64,000 bases of DNA, taken from Isurus oxyrinchus (lineage: Eukaryota). The stretch lies in NCBI GenBank assembly GCA_026770705.1, contig JANJGN010000017.1:43772001-43836000 (forward strand), given 5' to 3'. Numbering within the stretch: the stretch's first letter is position 1; every line of letters starts with the position of its first letter. A program made the position numbers and the translations under genes. Under the pieces are notes generated by a model that did not search any database, was not told the origin of the DNA, and was given only the letters and a program-made list of their open reading frames with translations. This document shows positions 1-12,465 of this stretch, in pieces.

Positions 1-85
1 CCATATAACTGACATGGTCAGTGGTGTTTTGTATGTTGCATTATTTAAACTTAAAAAAAGGCTGCAGCTCTCACTGGATCCTTAT

Positions 86-436
86 CACAGAATCACAGTG
101 CAGAAGAGGCCCTTTGGCCCATCGAGTCTGCACCGAAACGTGAGAAACACCTGACCTACCTACCTAATCCCATTTCCCAGCTCTTGTCCCAAAGCCTTGA
201 ATGTTATGACGTGCCAAGTGCACATCCAGGTACTTTTTAAAGGTTATGAGGCAACCTGCCTCCACCACCCTCCCAGGCAATGCATTCCAGACTGTCACCA
301 CTCTCTTGGTAAAAAAGTTTTTCCTCACATCACGCCTAAATCTCCTGCCCCTCACCTTGAACTAATGCCCCCATGTGACTGCTCCTTCAACTAAGGGGAA
401 CAGTTGCTCCCGATCCACCCTACCCATGCACCTCAT
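86..436 (-). mobile_element. 5'-truncated CR1-clade LINE 3' end (array copy)
   Basis: Encodes [20 protein letters not shown], typical of the CR1 ORF2 C-terminus, and ends in an (ATTCTGTG)n tail on the minus strand. Confidence 0.9.
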
Positions 437-526
437 ATGTCTGGTGTCCAATTGTAACTCCCAAACGGTGAGTGGGCAGCAGGGATTTGGATAATGTAAC
501 AGAAATTGAGGTTAAATATTACTAAC

Positions 527-553
527 CTGTTGTTGAAGAAACACTGCAATATC
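527..553 (-). CDS. Micro-exon GYCSVSSTT of cassette 18 (rest of cassette is outside the window)
   Basis: tttctctatag|GATATTGCAGTGTTTCTTCAACAACAG|gttagt, 27 nt, phase 1-1. Confidence 0.6.
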
Positions 554-1909
554 CTATAGAGAAACACATACAGTTTAATTGCTTTGGTAAGTGTTTTTGA
601 AGAATCTTCTATTATTCATACTCATAGAAGTATTAGTATTAAATTATTAACATCAGGTATTATTGACAATTACGAAAAAGTGAACAGGTAAAGTTGCACT
701 GGTGCAACGAGCCTGTCACACAAGGTATACAAGATATACAGCCCCACCACCGTCAAGTAATAAAACAAAATAAAATGTGTTCAGGATGGCCACTCTCCAC
801 TGCGCATTCAGGGAGTGAAACCCCTTGCGGTGGTGATACGTCACTGCATTTTGATGCAGAACCTATAAAGCCACATGTGTGCGGTCAATGGCACCCTGTA
901 CAATGGGGATAGCTGCTATCGTGATAAAGCCAAGCTGCACAACATGGAACCAACTGACCTCCCTTGCCCTAGACTACTGACTGCCAGTCACCTCCTTCAT
1001 TGCAGTACATGACAAAATGAGAGTTTGTGGCCACAGTCACTGACAGTGCCATCCTTGCACTGCTCTGGGGCTGCAGCTCTGCCCACCAGGCGCAATAGAT
1101 TTCAAGGCACACCTGCATTGTTAAACAGAGATGTCACACAAGTTTTCCGGAAACTACTGCTCTCGCTGGTGCAGAGATTTAAGGTGGCAAGGATGCACGG
1201 GAATCTCACCACACACCTACCTCCGCCAGAATTAAGAATTGGGCAGAAAGGTCCATCGTCAAGCTCCCTTGCCCGTTGCCACTTATAGAACTTAAGGGGC
1301 CAATTAATGATTACTTAAGAGCCTCATCCCCCCACCGTTGGTCTTGACCCAGCTGCAGGCGTCACTGTCACCATGCGTTACAGCTAAAACAGTGCGACCG
1401 CTTGTCGACTCTTTGCGTCGTGATGGGCAAAAGGAGTTCCATCGATCATGGATCCTCAGAGTCTGACTGAGGACAGGAGATCTGGAAGTGGGAGCCCACT
1501 AAGACCCAGCCCCCCGCTCTGATGCCAACAACCCTGCTCTCCAGACAATAACATGGAAGTTGTTGATGATTCTTTTATATCAGGTTGATGGGTAGCCCTG
1601 TCAGCTCCTGAATGCCTGTTTAGCCGTGTGAGGTTAAGAGATGACATGCGCTGGAATAATGATGTCAGATGCACCAGAGTGAGGGTCATATCAGCTTTAC
1701 ACGCTGACTGATGTCACGATCTGTCTGCATACTTGCAGCACACGCTCCTAATGCCCACCCAATGCCATTATCAAAATCAGGCCTGGCAAATCTCACTGAA
1801 AATATGGTCGCTATGGAGAGAGATTTTACAGTTACCGTATTTCAGGTTGACCCAGTTTGACCATTTGAAATAGTAATGAACCGATCTGTCCTGACCATAA
1901 TATCACAGA

Positions 1910-3247
1910 TCACAAGACACACTGCAGAAAAATATCTCACATCTTCAGGACTCAGCTGTACTGATTCACAATATGAACTACAACTTTCATTGACGTGTCA
2001 TTCTTAAGTTTAACAGTCATTATTGTAATCATAACATACTAACAACATAAATTTAAATATTAGATCATTTGCTGAAAGTTCTCTTACCGTAATTAATGTA
2101 AGAGCAGTGATCACAGAAATCAGAACAACAGTTGCCATAAAATTGACAGCTGTAATCACAGGAACAACCTGATGAATATCCCCCACAGTTGTATCTGCAT
2201 GAGCCGTGTCCTGTTATACAGTAAATGGCAAGTTAGATCTGATAATATATTGATTGTTAACAATGATGCAGATTACAATTTGCAAAGAAATGTAAGGAAC
2301 ACATCATTCAAAAGTGGATCAAACATTTTCTAGAAGGTATTTTCCGTACCTGTTGTAGGTTCAGAAGTCTCTGTAAAATAAAAAAATAAGATAGGTACGA
2401 AGATTATTTTTTCACCTCCATTCCCTACCTGACACATTCAGTAGAATAGGAGAATCTATCAACACATGCTAGGTACAACTTGCTGCAGGAAGTTTTCCTG
2501 CCCCCACTTGCGATGATTCTATTGTTGTCGGGCGTGGAAAGGCTGCATGGTGTGATTCACACAGGAAGGAAACCCAACCACAGCAGGGCTGAATTGAAAC
2601 GCACCCCATTTGGATGTTGTGATGGACTCAACCCACATTGCGGGGTCACAACTTGATGGAGAAGACGTAAATGCTCTTGAACTGTGGCTAAGGGCCATAT
2701 AACTGATATGGTCAGTGGTGTTTTGTATGTTGCATTATTTAAACTTAAAAAAAGGCTGGAGCTCTCACTGGATCCTTATCACAGAATCACAGTGCAGAAG
2801 AGGCCCTTTGGCCCATCAAGTCTGCACCGACACGTGAGAAACACCTCACCTACCTACCTAATCCCATTTACTAGCACTTGTCCCAAAGCCATGAATGTTA
2901 TGACGTGCCAAGTGCACATCCAGGTACTTTTTAAAGGTTATGAGGCAACCTGCCTCCACCACCCTCCCAGGCAATGCATTCCAGACTGTCACCAGTCTCT
3001 CGGTAAAAAAGTTTTTCCTCACATCACGCCTAAATCTCCTGACCCTTACCTTGAACTAATGCCCCCATGTGACTGCTCCTTCAACTAAGGGGAACAGTTG
3101 CTCCCGATCCACCCTACCCATGCACCTCATATGTCTGGTGTCCAATTGTAACTCCCAAACGGTGAGTGGGCAGCAGGGATTTGGATAATGTAACAGAAAT
3201 TGAGGTTAAATATTACTAACCTGTTGTTGAAGAAACACTGCAATATC
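1910..3247 (-). CDS. Cassette 17: predicted stalk micro-exons + hydrophobic anchor exon + stop exon
   Basis: Exons 3221-3247 (GYCSVSSTT), 2350-2370 (ETSEPTT), 2088-2149 ([21 protein letters not shown]), 1910-1921 (CVL*). AG acceptors on all, GT donors on the internal exons, phases compatible. Confidence 0.6.
2780..3130 (-). mobile_element. CR1 LINE 3' fragment (array copy)
   Basis: Same insertion and position as 86-436. Confidence 0.88.
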
Positions 3248-4588
3248 CTATAGAGGAACACATATTTGCTTTGGTAAGTGTTTTTGAAGAACCTTCTATT
3301 ATTTATACTCATAGAAGTATTAGTATTAAATTATTAACATCAGGTATTATTGACAATTACGAACAAGTGAACAGGTAAAGTTGCACTGGTGCAACGAGCC
3401 TGTCGCACAAGGTATACAGCCCCACCACCGTCAAGTAATAAAACAAAATAAAATGTGTTCAGGATGGCCACTCTCCACTGCGCATTCAGGGAGTGAAACC
3501 CCTTGCGGTGGTGATACATCTCTGCATTTTGATGCAGAACCTATAAAGCCACATGTGTGCGGTCAATGGCACCCTGTACAATGGGGATAGCTGCTATCGT
3601 GATGAAGCCAAGCTGCACAAGATGGAACCGACTGACCTCCCTTGACCTAGACTACTGACCGCCAGTCACCTCCTTCATTGCAGTACATGACAAAATGAGA
3701 GTGTGTGGCTACAGTCACTGACAGTGCCATCCTTGCGCTGCTCTGGGGCTGCAGCTCTGCCCACCAGGCGCAATAGATTTCAAGGCGCACCTGCTTTGTA
3801 AAACAGAGATGTCACACAAGTTTGCCAGAAACTACTGCTCTCACTGGTGCAGAGATTTAAGGTGGTAAGGACGCACGGGAATCTCACCACACACCTACCT
3901 CTGCCAGAATTAAGAATTGGGCAGAAAGGTCCATCGTCAAGCTCCCTTGCCCGTTGCCACTTATAGAACTTAAGGGGCCAATTAATGATTACTTAAGAGC
4001 CTCATCCTCCCACCGTTGGTCTTGACCCAGCTGCAGGCGTCACTGTCACCATGCGTTACAGCTAAAACAGTGCGACCGCTTGTCGACTCTTTTGGAGGAG
4101 ATGTGCAAAAGGAGTTCCATCGATCATGGCCCCTCAGAGTCTGACTAAGGACAGGAGATCTGGAAGTGGGAGCCCACTAAGACCCAGCCCCCCCGCTCTG
4201 ATGCCAACAACCCTGCTCTCCTGACAATAACATGGAAGTTGTTGATGAAACTTTTATATCGGGTTGATGGGTAGCCCTGTCAGCTCCTGAATGCCTGTTT
4301 AGCCATGTGAGGTTAAGAGATGACATGCGCTGGAATAATGATGTCAGATGCACCAGAGTGAGGGTCATATCAGCTTTACATGCTGACTGATGTCACGATC
4401 TGTCTGCATACTTGCAACACATGCTCCTAATGCCCACCCAATGCCATTATCAAAATCAGGCTTGGCAAATCTCACTGAAAATATGGTCGCTATGGAGAGA
4501 GATTTTACAGTTACCGTATTTCAGGTTGACCCAGTTTGACCATTTGAAATAGTAATGAACCGATCTGTCCTGACCATAATATCACAGA

Positions 4589-6079
4589 TCACAAGACACA
4601 CTGCAGAAAAATATCTCACATCTTCAGGACTCAGCTGTACTGATTCACAATATGAACTACAACTTTCATTGACGTGTCATTCTTAAGTTTAACAGTCATT
4701 ATTGTAATCATAACATACTAACAACAGAAATTTAAATATTAGCTCATTTGCTGAAAGTTCTCTTACCGTAATTAATGTAAGAGCAGTGATCACAGAAATC
4801 AGAACAACAGTTGCCATAAAATTGACAGCTGTAATCACAGGAACAACCTGATGAATATCCCCCACAGTTGTATCTGCATGAGCCGTGTCCTGTTATACAG
4901 TAAATGGCAAGTTAGATCTGATAATATATTGATTGTTAACAATGATGCAGATTACAATTTGCAAAGAAATGTAACACATCATTCAAAAGTGGATCAAACA
5001 TTTTCTAGAAGGTATTTTCCGTACCTGTTGTAGGTTCAGAAGTCTCTGTAAAATAAAAAAATAAGATAGGTACGAAGATTATTTTTTCACCTCCATTCCC
5101 TACCTGACACATTCAGTAGAATAGGAGAATCTATCAACACATGCTTGGTACAACTTGCTGTAGGAAGTTTTCCTGCCCCCACGTGCGATGATTCTATTGT
5201 TGTCGGGCGTGGAAAGGCTGCAGGGTGTGATTCACACAGGAGGGAATCCCAAACACAGCAGGGCTGAATTCAAACACACCCCATTTGAATGTTGTGAGGG
5301 CCTCAACCCTCAGTGTGGGGGTCACAAATTGATGGAGTAGAGGTAAATGCTCTTGAACTGTGGCTAAGGCCAATATCCCCAACTGACATGGTCAGAAGTT
5401 TTTTTGTATCTCCCATTCTTTAAACTTAAAAAAAGGCTGCAGCTCTCACTGAATCCTTATCACAGAATCACAGAATCACAGTGCAGAAGTGGCCCTTTGG
5501 CCCATCGAGTCTGCACTGACACGTGAGAAACACCTGACCTACCTACCTAATCCCATTTCCCAGCACTTGGCCCAAAGCCTTGAATGTTATGATGTGCCAA
5601 GTGATCATCCAGGTATTTTTTAAAGGTTATGAGGCAACCTGCCTCCATCACCCTCCCAGGCAATGCATTCTAGACTGTCACCACCCTCTGGATAAAAAAG
5701 CTTTTCCTCTGATCCCCCCTCAATATCCTGCCCCTCACCTTGAACTTTTGCCCCCAAGTGACAGCTCCTTCAACTAAGGGGAACAGCTGCTCCTTATCCA
5801 CCCTACCCATGCACCTCATATGTCTGGTGTCATACTGTAACTCCCAAACGGTGAGCGGGCAGCAGGGATTTGGTAATTCCATGTTTACGGAGATAATATG
5901 CAGAATTTATACGACACTTTACGAAGACTTAACCAAATCAACAAGGTGATTCTCTGAGTACAGACATTAAGGTTAATTGTTCTGGCGGATATTGGGTGAA
6001 CAAAATATACAAACTGATAATGTAACAGAAATTGAGTTTAAATATTACTGACCTGTTGTTGAAGAAACACTGCAATATC
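4589..6079 (-). CDS. Cassette 16: stalk micro-exons + anchor + stop exon
   Basis: Exons 6053-6079 (GYCSVSSTT), 5025-5045 (ETSEPTT), 4767-4828 (hydrophobic), 4589-4600 (CVL*). Confidence 0.6.
5461..5819 (-). mobile_element. CR1 LINE 3' fragment (array copy)
   Basis: RVVTV motif and (ATTCTGTG)n tail. Confidence 0.88.
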
Positions 6080-7433
6080 CTGTAGAGGAACACATACAGT
6101 TTATTTGCTTTGGTAAGTGTTTTTGAAGAATCTTCTATTATTCATACTCATAGAAGTATTAGTACTAAATTATTAACATCAGGTATTATTGACAATTACG
6201 AACAAGTGAACAGGTAAAGTTGCACTGGTGCAACGAGCCTGTCACACAAGGTATACAAGATATACAGCCCCCCCACCGTCAAGAAATAAACAAAATAAAA
6301 TGTGTTCAGGATGGCCACTTTCCACTGCACATTCAGGGAGTGAAACCCCTTGCGGTGGTGATACATCACTGCATTTTGATGCAGAACCTATAAAGCCACA
6401 TGTGTGCGGTCAATGGCACCCTGTACAATGGGGATAGCTGCTATCGTGATAAAGCCTAGCTGCACAACATGGAACCAACTGACCTCCCTTGCCCTAGACT
6501 ACTGACTGCCAGTCACCTCCTTCATTGCAGTACATGACAAAATGAGAGTTTGTGGCCACAGTCACTGACAGTGCCATCCTTGCGCTGCTCTGGGGCTGCA
6601 GCTCTGCCCACCAGGCGCAATAGATTTCAAGGTGCACCGGCTTTGTAAAATAGAGATGTCAAACAAGTTTGCCGCAAACTACTGCTCTCGCTGGTGCAGA
6701 GATTTAAGGTGGCAAGGACGCACGGGAATCTCACCACACACCTACCTCTGCCAGAATTAAGAATTGGGCAGAAAGGCCCATCGTCAAGCTCCCTTGCCCG
6801 TTGCCACTTTTAGAACTTAAGGGGCCAATTAATGATTACTTAAGAGCCTCATCCCCCCACCGTTGGTCTTGACCCAGCTGCAGGCGTCACTGTCACCATG
6901 CGTTACAGCTAAAACAGTGCGACCGCTTGTCGCCTCTTTGCGTCGTGATGGGCAAAAGGAGTTCCATCGATCATGGACCCTCAGAGTCTGACTGAGGACA
7001 GGAGATCTGGAAGTGGAGTCCACTAAGACCCAGCCCCCCGCTCTGATGCCAACAACCCTGCTCTCCTGACAGTAACATGGAAGTTGTTGATGATCCTTTT
7101 ATATCGGGTTGATGGGTAGCCCTGTCAGCTCCTGAATGCCTGTTTAGCCGTGTGAGGTTCAGAGATGACATGCGCTGGAATAATGATGTCAGATGCACCA
7201 GAGTGAGGGTCACATCAGCTTTACACGCTGACTGATGTCACGATCTGTCTGCATACTTGCAGCACACGCTCCTAATGCCCACCCAATGCCATTATCAAAA
7301 TCAGGCCAGGCAAGTCTCACTGAAAATATGGTGGCTATGGAGAGAGATTTTACAGTTACCGTATTTCAGGTTGACCCAGTTTGACCATTTGAAATAGTAA
7401 TGAACCGATCTGTCCTGACCATAATATCGCAGA

Positions 7434-9276
7434 TCACAAGACACACTGCAGAAAAATATCTCACATCTTCAGGACTCAGCTGTACTGATTCACAATATGA
7501 ACTACAACTTTCATTGATGTGTCACTCTTAAGTTTAACACTCACTATTGTAATCATAATATATGAACAAGATAAATTTAAATATTAGCTGATTTGCTGAA
7601 AATTCTCTTACCGTAATTAATGTCAGAGCAGTGATCACAGAAATCAGAACAACAGTTGCCATAAAATTGACAGCTGTAATCACAGGAACAACCTGATGAA
7701 TTTCCCCCACAGTTGTATCTGCATGAGCCGTGTCCTGTTATAATGTAAATGGCAAGTTAGATCTGATATTATGTTGATTGTTACCAAGGATGCAGATTAC
7801 AATTTTCAAAGAAATGTAATGAAGTTTTATCATTCCAAAATGGATCAATACATTTTTAATCTATTTCCATACCTGTTGATGTAGTCTCAGAATTCTCTGT
7901 TGAAACAAAACAATTGCATAAGTAAGTAGAATATTTTTTCATATCCATTCCCAACCTGATAGATAGTTCAGTAGAAGAGAAATCACAGAAATCAGAACAA
8001 TTGCCATAATACTGACAGCTATAATCACAGGAACAACCTGATGAATATCCCCCACAGCTGTATCTGCATGAGCCGTGTCCTGATATATAGTAAATGGCAA
8101 GTTAGATCTGATATTATGTTGATTGTTAACAAGGATGCAGATTACAATTCACAAAGAAATGTAAGGAACATTTATCATTCAAAAGTGGATCAAACATTTT
8201 CTGGAAGGTATTTTCCATACCTGTTGTTATGCGTTCAGGAGTCTCTGCAAAATAAAAAAATAAGATAGGTACGAAGATTATTTTTTCATCCATTCCCCAC
8301 CTGACACATTCAGTAGAACAGGAGAATCTATCAACACATGCTTGGTACAACTTGCTGCAGAAAGGATTCCTGCCCCCACTTGTGATGATTCTATTGTTGT
8401 CGGACGTGGAAAGGCTGCAGGGTGTGATTCACACAGGAGGGAATCCCAAACACAGCAGGGCTGAATTCAAACACACCCCATTTGGATGTTGTGAGGGCCT
8501 CAACCCTCAGTGTGGGGGTCACAAATTGATGGAGTAGAGGTAAATGCTCTTGAACTGTGGCTAAGGCCAATATCCCTAACTGACATGGTCAGAAGTGTTT
8601 TTGTATGTCCCATTCTTTAAACTTAAAAAAAGGCTGCAGCTCTCACTGAATCCTTATCACAGAATCACAGAATCACAGTGCAGAAGTGGCCCTTTGGCCC
8701 ATCGAGTCTGCACTGACACGTGAGAAACACCTGACCTACCTACCTAATCCCATTTCCCAGCACTTGGCCCAAAGCCTTGAATGTTATGATGTGCCAAGTG
8801 ATCATCCAGGTATTTTTTAAAGGTTATGAGGCAACCTGCCTCCATCACCCTCCCAGGCAATGCATTCCAGACTGTCACCACCCTCTGGATAAAAAAGCTT
8901 TTCCTCTGATCCCCCCTCAATATCCTGCCCCTCACCTTGAACTTTTGCCCCCAAGTGACAGCTCCTTCAACTAAGGGGAACAGCTGCTCCTTATCCACCC
9001 TACCCATGCACCTCATATGTCTGGTGTCATACTGTAACTCCCAAACGGTGAGCGGGCAGCAGGGATTTGGTAATTCCATGTTTACGGAGATAATATGCAG
9101 AATTTATACGACACTTTACGAAGACTTAACCAAATCAACAAGGTGATTCTCTGAGTACAGACATTAAGGTTAATTGTTCTGGCGGATATTGGGTGAACAA
9201 AATATACAAACTGATAATGTAACAGAAATTGAGTTTAAATATTACTGACCTGTTGTTGAAGAAACACTGCAATATC
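7434..9276 (-). CDS. Cassette 15: stalk micro-exons + anchor + stop exon
   Basis: Exons 9250-9276 (GYCSVSSTT), 8221-8244 (ETPERITT; ttttgcag/gtatgg), 7873-7896 (ENSETTST; tttcaacag/gtatgg), 7612-7673 (hydrophobic; attacag/gtaaga), 7434-7445 (CVL*; ttttctgcag). Confidence 0.62.
8658..9016 (-). mobile_element. CR1 LINE 3' fragment (array copy)
   Basis: ORF 8744-9079 contains the CR1 ORF2 C-terminal motif [14 protein letters not shown]. Confidence 0.88.
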
Positions 9277-10630
9277 CTGTAGAGGAACACATACAGTTTA
9301 TTTGCTTTGGTAAGTGTTTTTGAAGAATCTTCTATTATTCATACTCATAGAAGTATTAGTACTAAATTATTAACATCAGGTATTATTGACAATTACGAAC
9401 AAGTGAACAGGTAAAGTTGCACTGGTGCAACGAGCCTGTCACACAAGGTATACAAGATATACAGCCCCCCCACCGTCAAGAAATAAACAAAATAAAATGT
9501 GTTCAGGATGGCCACTTTCCACTGCACATTCAGGGAGTGAAACCCCTTGCGGTGGTGATACATCACTGCATTTTGATGCAGAACCTATAAAGCCACATGT
9601 GTGCGGTCAATGGCACCCTGTACAATGGGGATAGCTGCTATCGTGATAAAGCCAAGCTGCACAACATGGAACCAACTGACCTCCCTTGCCCTAGACTACT
9701 GACTGCCAGTCACCTCCTTCATTGCAGTACATGACAAAATGAGAGTTTGTGGCCACAGTCACTGACAGTGCCATCCTTGCGCTGCTCTGGGGCTGCAGCT
9801 CTGCCCACCAGGCGCAATAGATTTCAAGGCGCACCGGCTTTGTAAAATAGAGATGTCAAACAAGTTTGCCGCAAACTACTGCTCTCGCTGGTGCAGAGAT
9901 TTAAGGTGGCAAGGACGCACGGGAATCTCACCACACACCTACCTCTGCCAGAATTAAGAATTGGGCAGAAAGGCCCATCGTCAAGCTCCCTTGCCCGTTG
10001 CCACTTTTAGAACTTAAGGGGCCAATTAATGATTACTTAAGAGCCTCATCCCCCCACCGTTGGTCTTGACCCAGCTGCAGGCGTCACTGTCACCATGCGT
10101 TACAGCTAAAACAGTGCGACCGCTTGTCGCCTCTTTGTGTCGTGATGGGCAAAAGGAGTTCCATCGATCATGGACCCTCAGAGTCTGACTGAGGACAGGA
10201 GATCTGGAAGTGGAGTCCACTAAGACCCAGCCCCCCGCTCTGATGCCAACAACCCTGCTCTCCTGACAGTAACATGGAAGTTGTTGATGATCCTTTTATA
10301 TCGGGTTGATGGGTAGCCCTGTCAGCTCCTGAATGCCTGTTTAGCCGTGTGAGGTTCAGAGATGACATGCGCTGGAATAATGATGTCAGATGCACCAGAG
10401 TGAGGGTCACATCAGCTTTACACGCTGACTGATGTCACGATCTGTCTGCATACTTGCAGCACACGCTCCTAATGCCCACCCAATGCCATTATCAAAATCA
10501 GGCCAGGCAAGTCTCACTGAAAATATGGTGGCTATGGAGAGAGATTTTACAGTTACCGTATTTCAGGTTGACCCAGTTTGACCATTTGAAATAGTAATGA
10601 ACTGATCTGTCCTGACCATAATATCGCAGA

Positions 10631-12465
10631 TCACAAGACACACTGCAGAAAAATATCTCACATCTTCAGGACTCAGCTGTACTGATTCACAATATGAACT
10701 ACAACTTTCATTGATGTGTCACTCTTAAGTTTAACACTCACTATTGTAATCATAATATATGAAATTTAAATATTAGCTGATTTGCTGAAAATTCTCTTAC
10801 CGTAATTAATGTCAGAGCAGTGATCACAGAAATCAGAACAACAGTTGCCATAAAATTGACAGCTGTAATCACAGGAACAACCTGATGAATTTCCCCCACA
10901 GTTGTATCTGCATGAGCCGTGTCCTGTTATAATGTAAATGGCAAGTTAGATCTGATATTATGTTGATTGTTACCAAGGATGCAGATTACAATTTTCAAAG
11001 AAATGTAATGAAGTTTTATCATTCCAAAATGGATCAATACATTTTTAATCTATTTCCATACCTGTTGATGTAGTCTCAGAATTCTCTGTTGAAACAAAAC
11101 AATTGCATAAGTAAGTAGAATATTTTTTCATATCCATTCCCAACCTGATAGATAGTTCAGTAGAAGAGAAATCACAGAAATCAGAACAATTGCCATAATA
11201 CTGACAGCTATAATCACAGGAACAACCTGATGAATATCCCCCACAGCTGTATCGGCATGAGCCGTGTCCTGATATATAGTAAATGGCAAGTTAGATCTGA
11301 TATTATGTTGATTGTTAACAAGGATGCAGATTACAATTCACAAAGAAATGTAAGGAACATTTATCATTCAAAAGTGGATCAAACATTTTCTGGAAGGTAT
11401 TTTCCATACCTGTTGTTATGCGTTCAGGAGTCTCTGCAAAATAAAAAAATAAGATAGGTACGAAGATTATTTTTTCATCCATTCCCCACCTGACACATTC
11501 AGTAGAACAGGAGAATCTATCAACACATGCTTGGTACAACTTGCTGCAGAAAGGATTCCTGCCCCCACTTGCGATGATTCTATTGTTGTCGGACGTGGAA
11601 AGGCTGCAGGGTGTGATTCACACAGGAGGGAATCCCAAACACAGCAGGGCTGAATTCAAACACACCCCATTTGAATGTTGTGAGGGCCTCAACCCTCAGT
11701 GTGGGGGTCACAAATTGATGGAGTAGAGGTAAATGCTCTTGAACTGTGGCTAAGGCCAATATCCCTAACTGACATGGTCAGAAGTGTTTTTGTATGTCCC
11801 ATTCTTTAAACTTAAAAAAAGGCTGCAGCTCTCACTGAATCCTTATCACAGAATCACAGAATCACAGTGCAGAAGTGGCCCTTTGGCCCATCGAGTCTGC
11901 ACTGACACGTGAGAAACACCTGACCTACCTACCTAATCCCATTTCCCAGCACTTGGCCCAAAGCCTTGAATGTTATGATGTGCCAAGTGATCATCCAGGT
12001 ATTTTTTAAAGGTTATGAGGCAACCTGCCTCCATCACCCTCCCAGGCAATGCATTCCAGACTGTCACCACCCTCTGGATAAAAAAGCTTTTCCTCTGATC
12101 CCCCCTCAATATCCTGCCCCTCACCTTGAACTTTTGCCCCCAAGTGATAGCTCCTTCAACTAAGGGGAACAGCTGCTCCTTATCCACCCTACCCATGCAC
12201 CTCATATGTCTGGTGTCATACTGTAACTCCCAAACGGTGAGCGGGCAGCAGGGATTTGGTAATTCCATGTTTACGGAGATAATATGCAGAATTTATACGA
12301 CACTTTACGAAGACTTAACCAAATCAACAAGGTGATTCTCTGAGTACAGACATTAAGGTTAATTGTTCTGGCGGATATTGGGTGAACAAAATATACAAAC
12401 TGATAATGTAACAGAAATTGAGTTTAAATATTACTGACCTGTTGTTGAAGAAACACTGCAATATC
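10631..12465 (-). CDS. Cassette 14: stalk micro-exons + anchor + stop exon
   Basis: Exons 12439-12465, 11410-11433, 11062-11085, 10801-10862, 10631-10642. Confidence 0.62.
11847..12205 (-). mobile_element. CR1 LINE 3' fragment (array copy)
   Basis: As other copies. Confidence 0.88.

Noticed and set aside
1200-1520. Unit segment gggcagaaagg...cttaaggggccaattaa...cttaagagcc as a functional element
   Set aside because: It looks like a decayed interspersed DNA-transposon-type repeat carried along with the unit. I could not define its family or ends.
1910-1921. C-terminal TCVL as a CaaX prenylation motif
   Set aside because: The Cys is third from the end, not fourth, and the protein would be extracellular.
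2088-2230. [17 protein letters not shown] as a signal-peptide first exon with an upstream TATAAC box, i.e. an array of small secreted-peptide genes
   Set aside because: Its donor is phase 0, whereas all stalk exons are phase 1, and the nearest phase-0 acceptor gives an immediate stop. An upstream phase-1 acceptor fits a C-terminal role better. Not fully excluded; CAGE or 5' RACE would decide.
8301-8354. Possible 54-nt phase-1 exon ASCTKHVLIDSPVLLNVS (ttctgcag / gtgggg)
   Set aside because: The equivalent segments at ~2.45, 46.4, 51.0 and 57.15 kb have an in-frame TAG or lost splice sites, and the gap to the next acceptor is only 56 nt.
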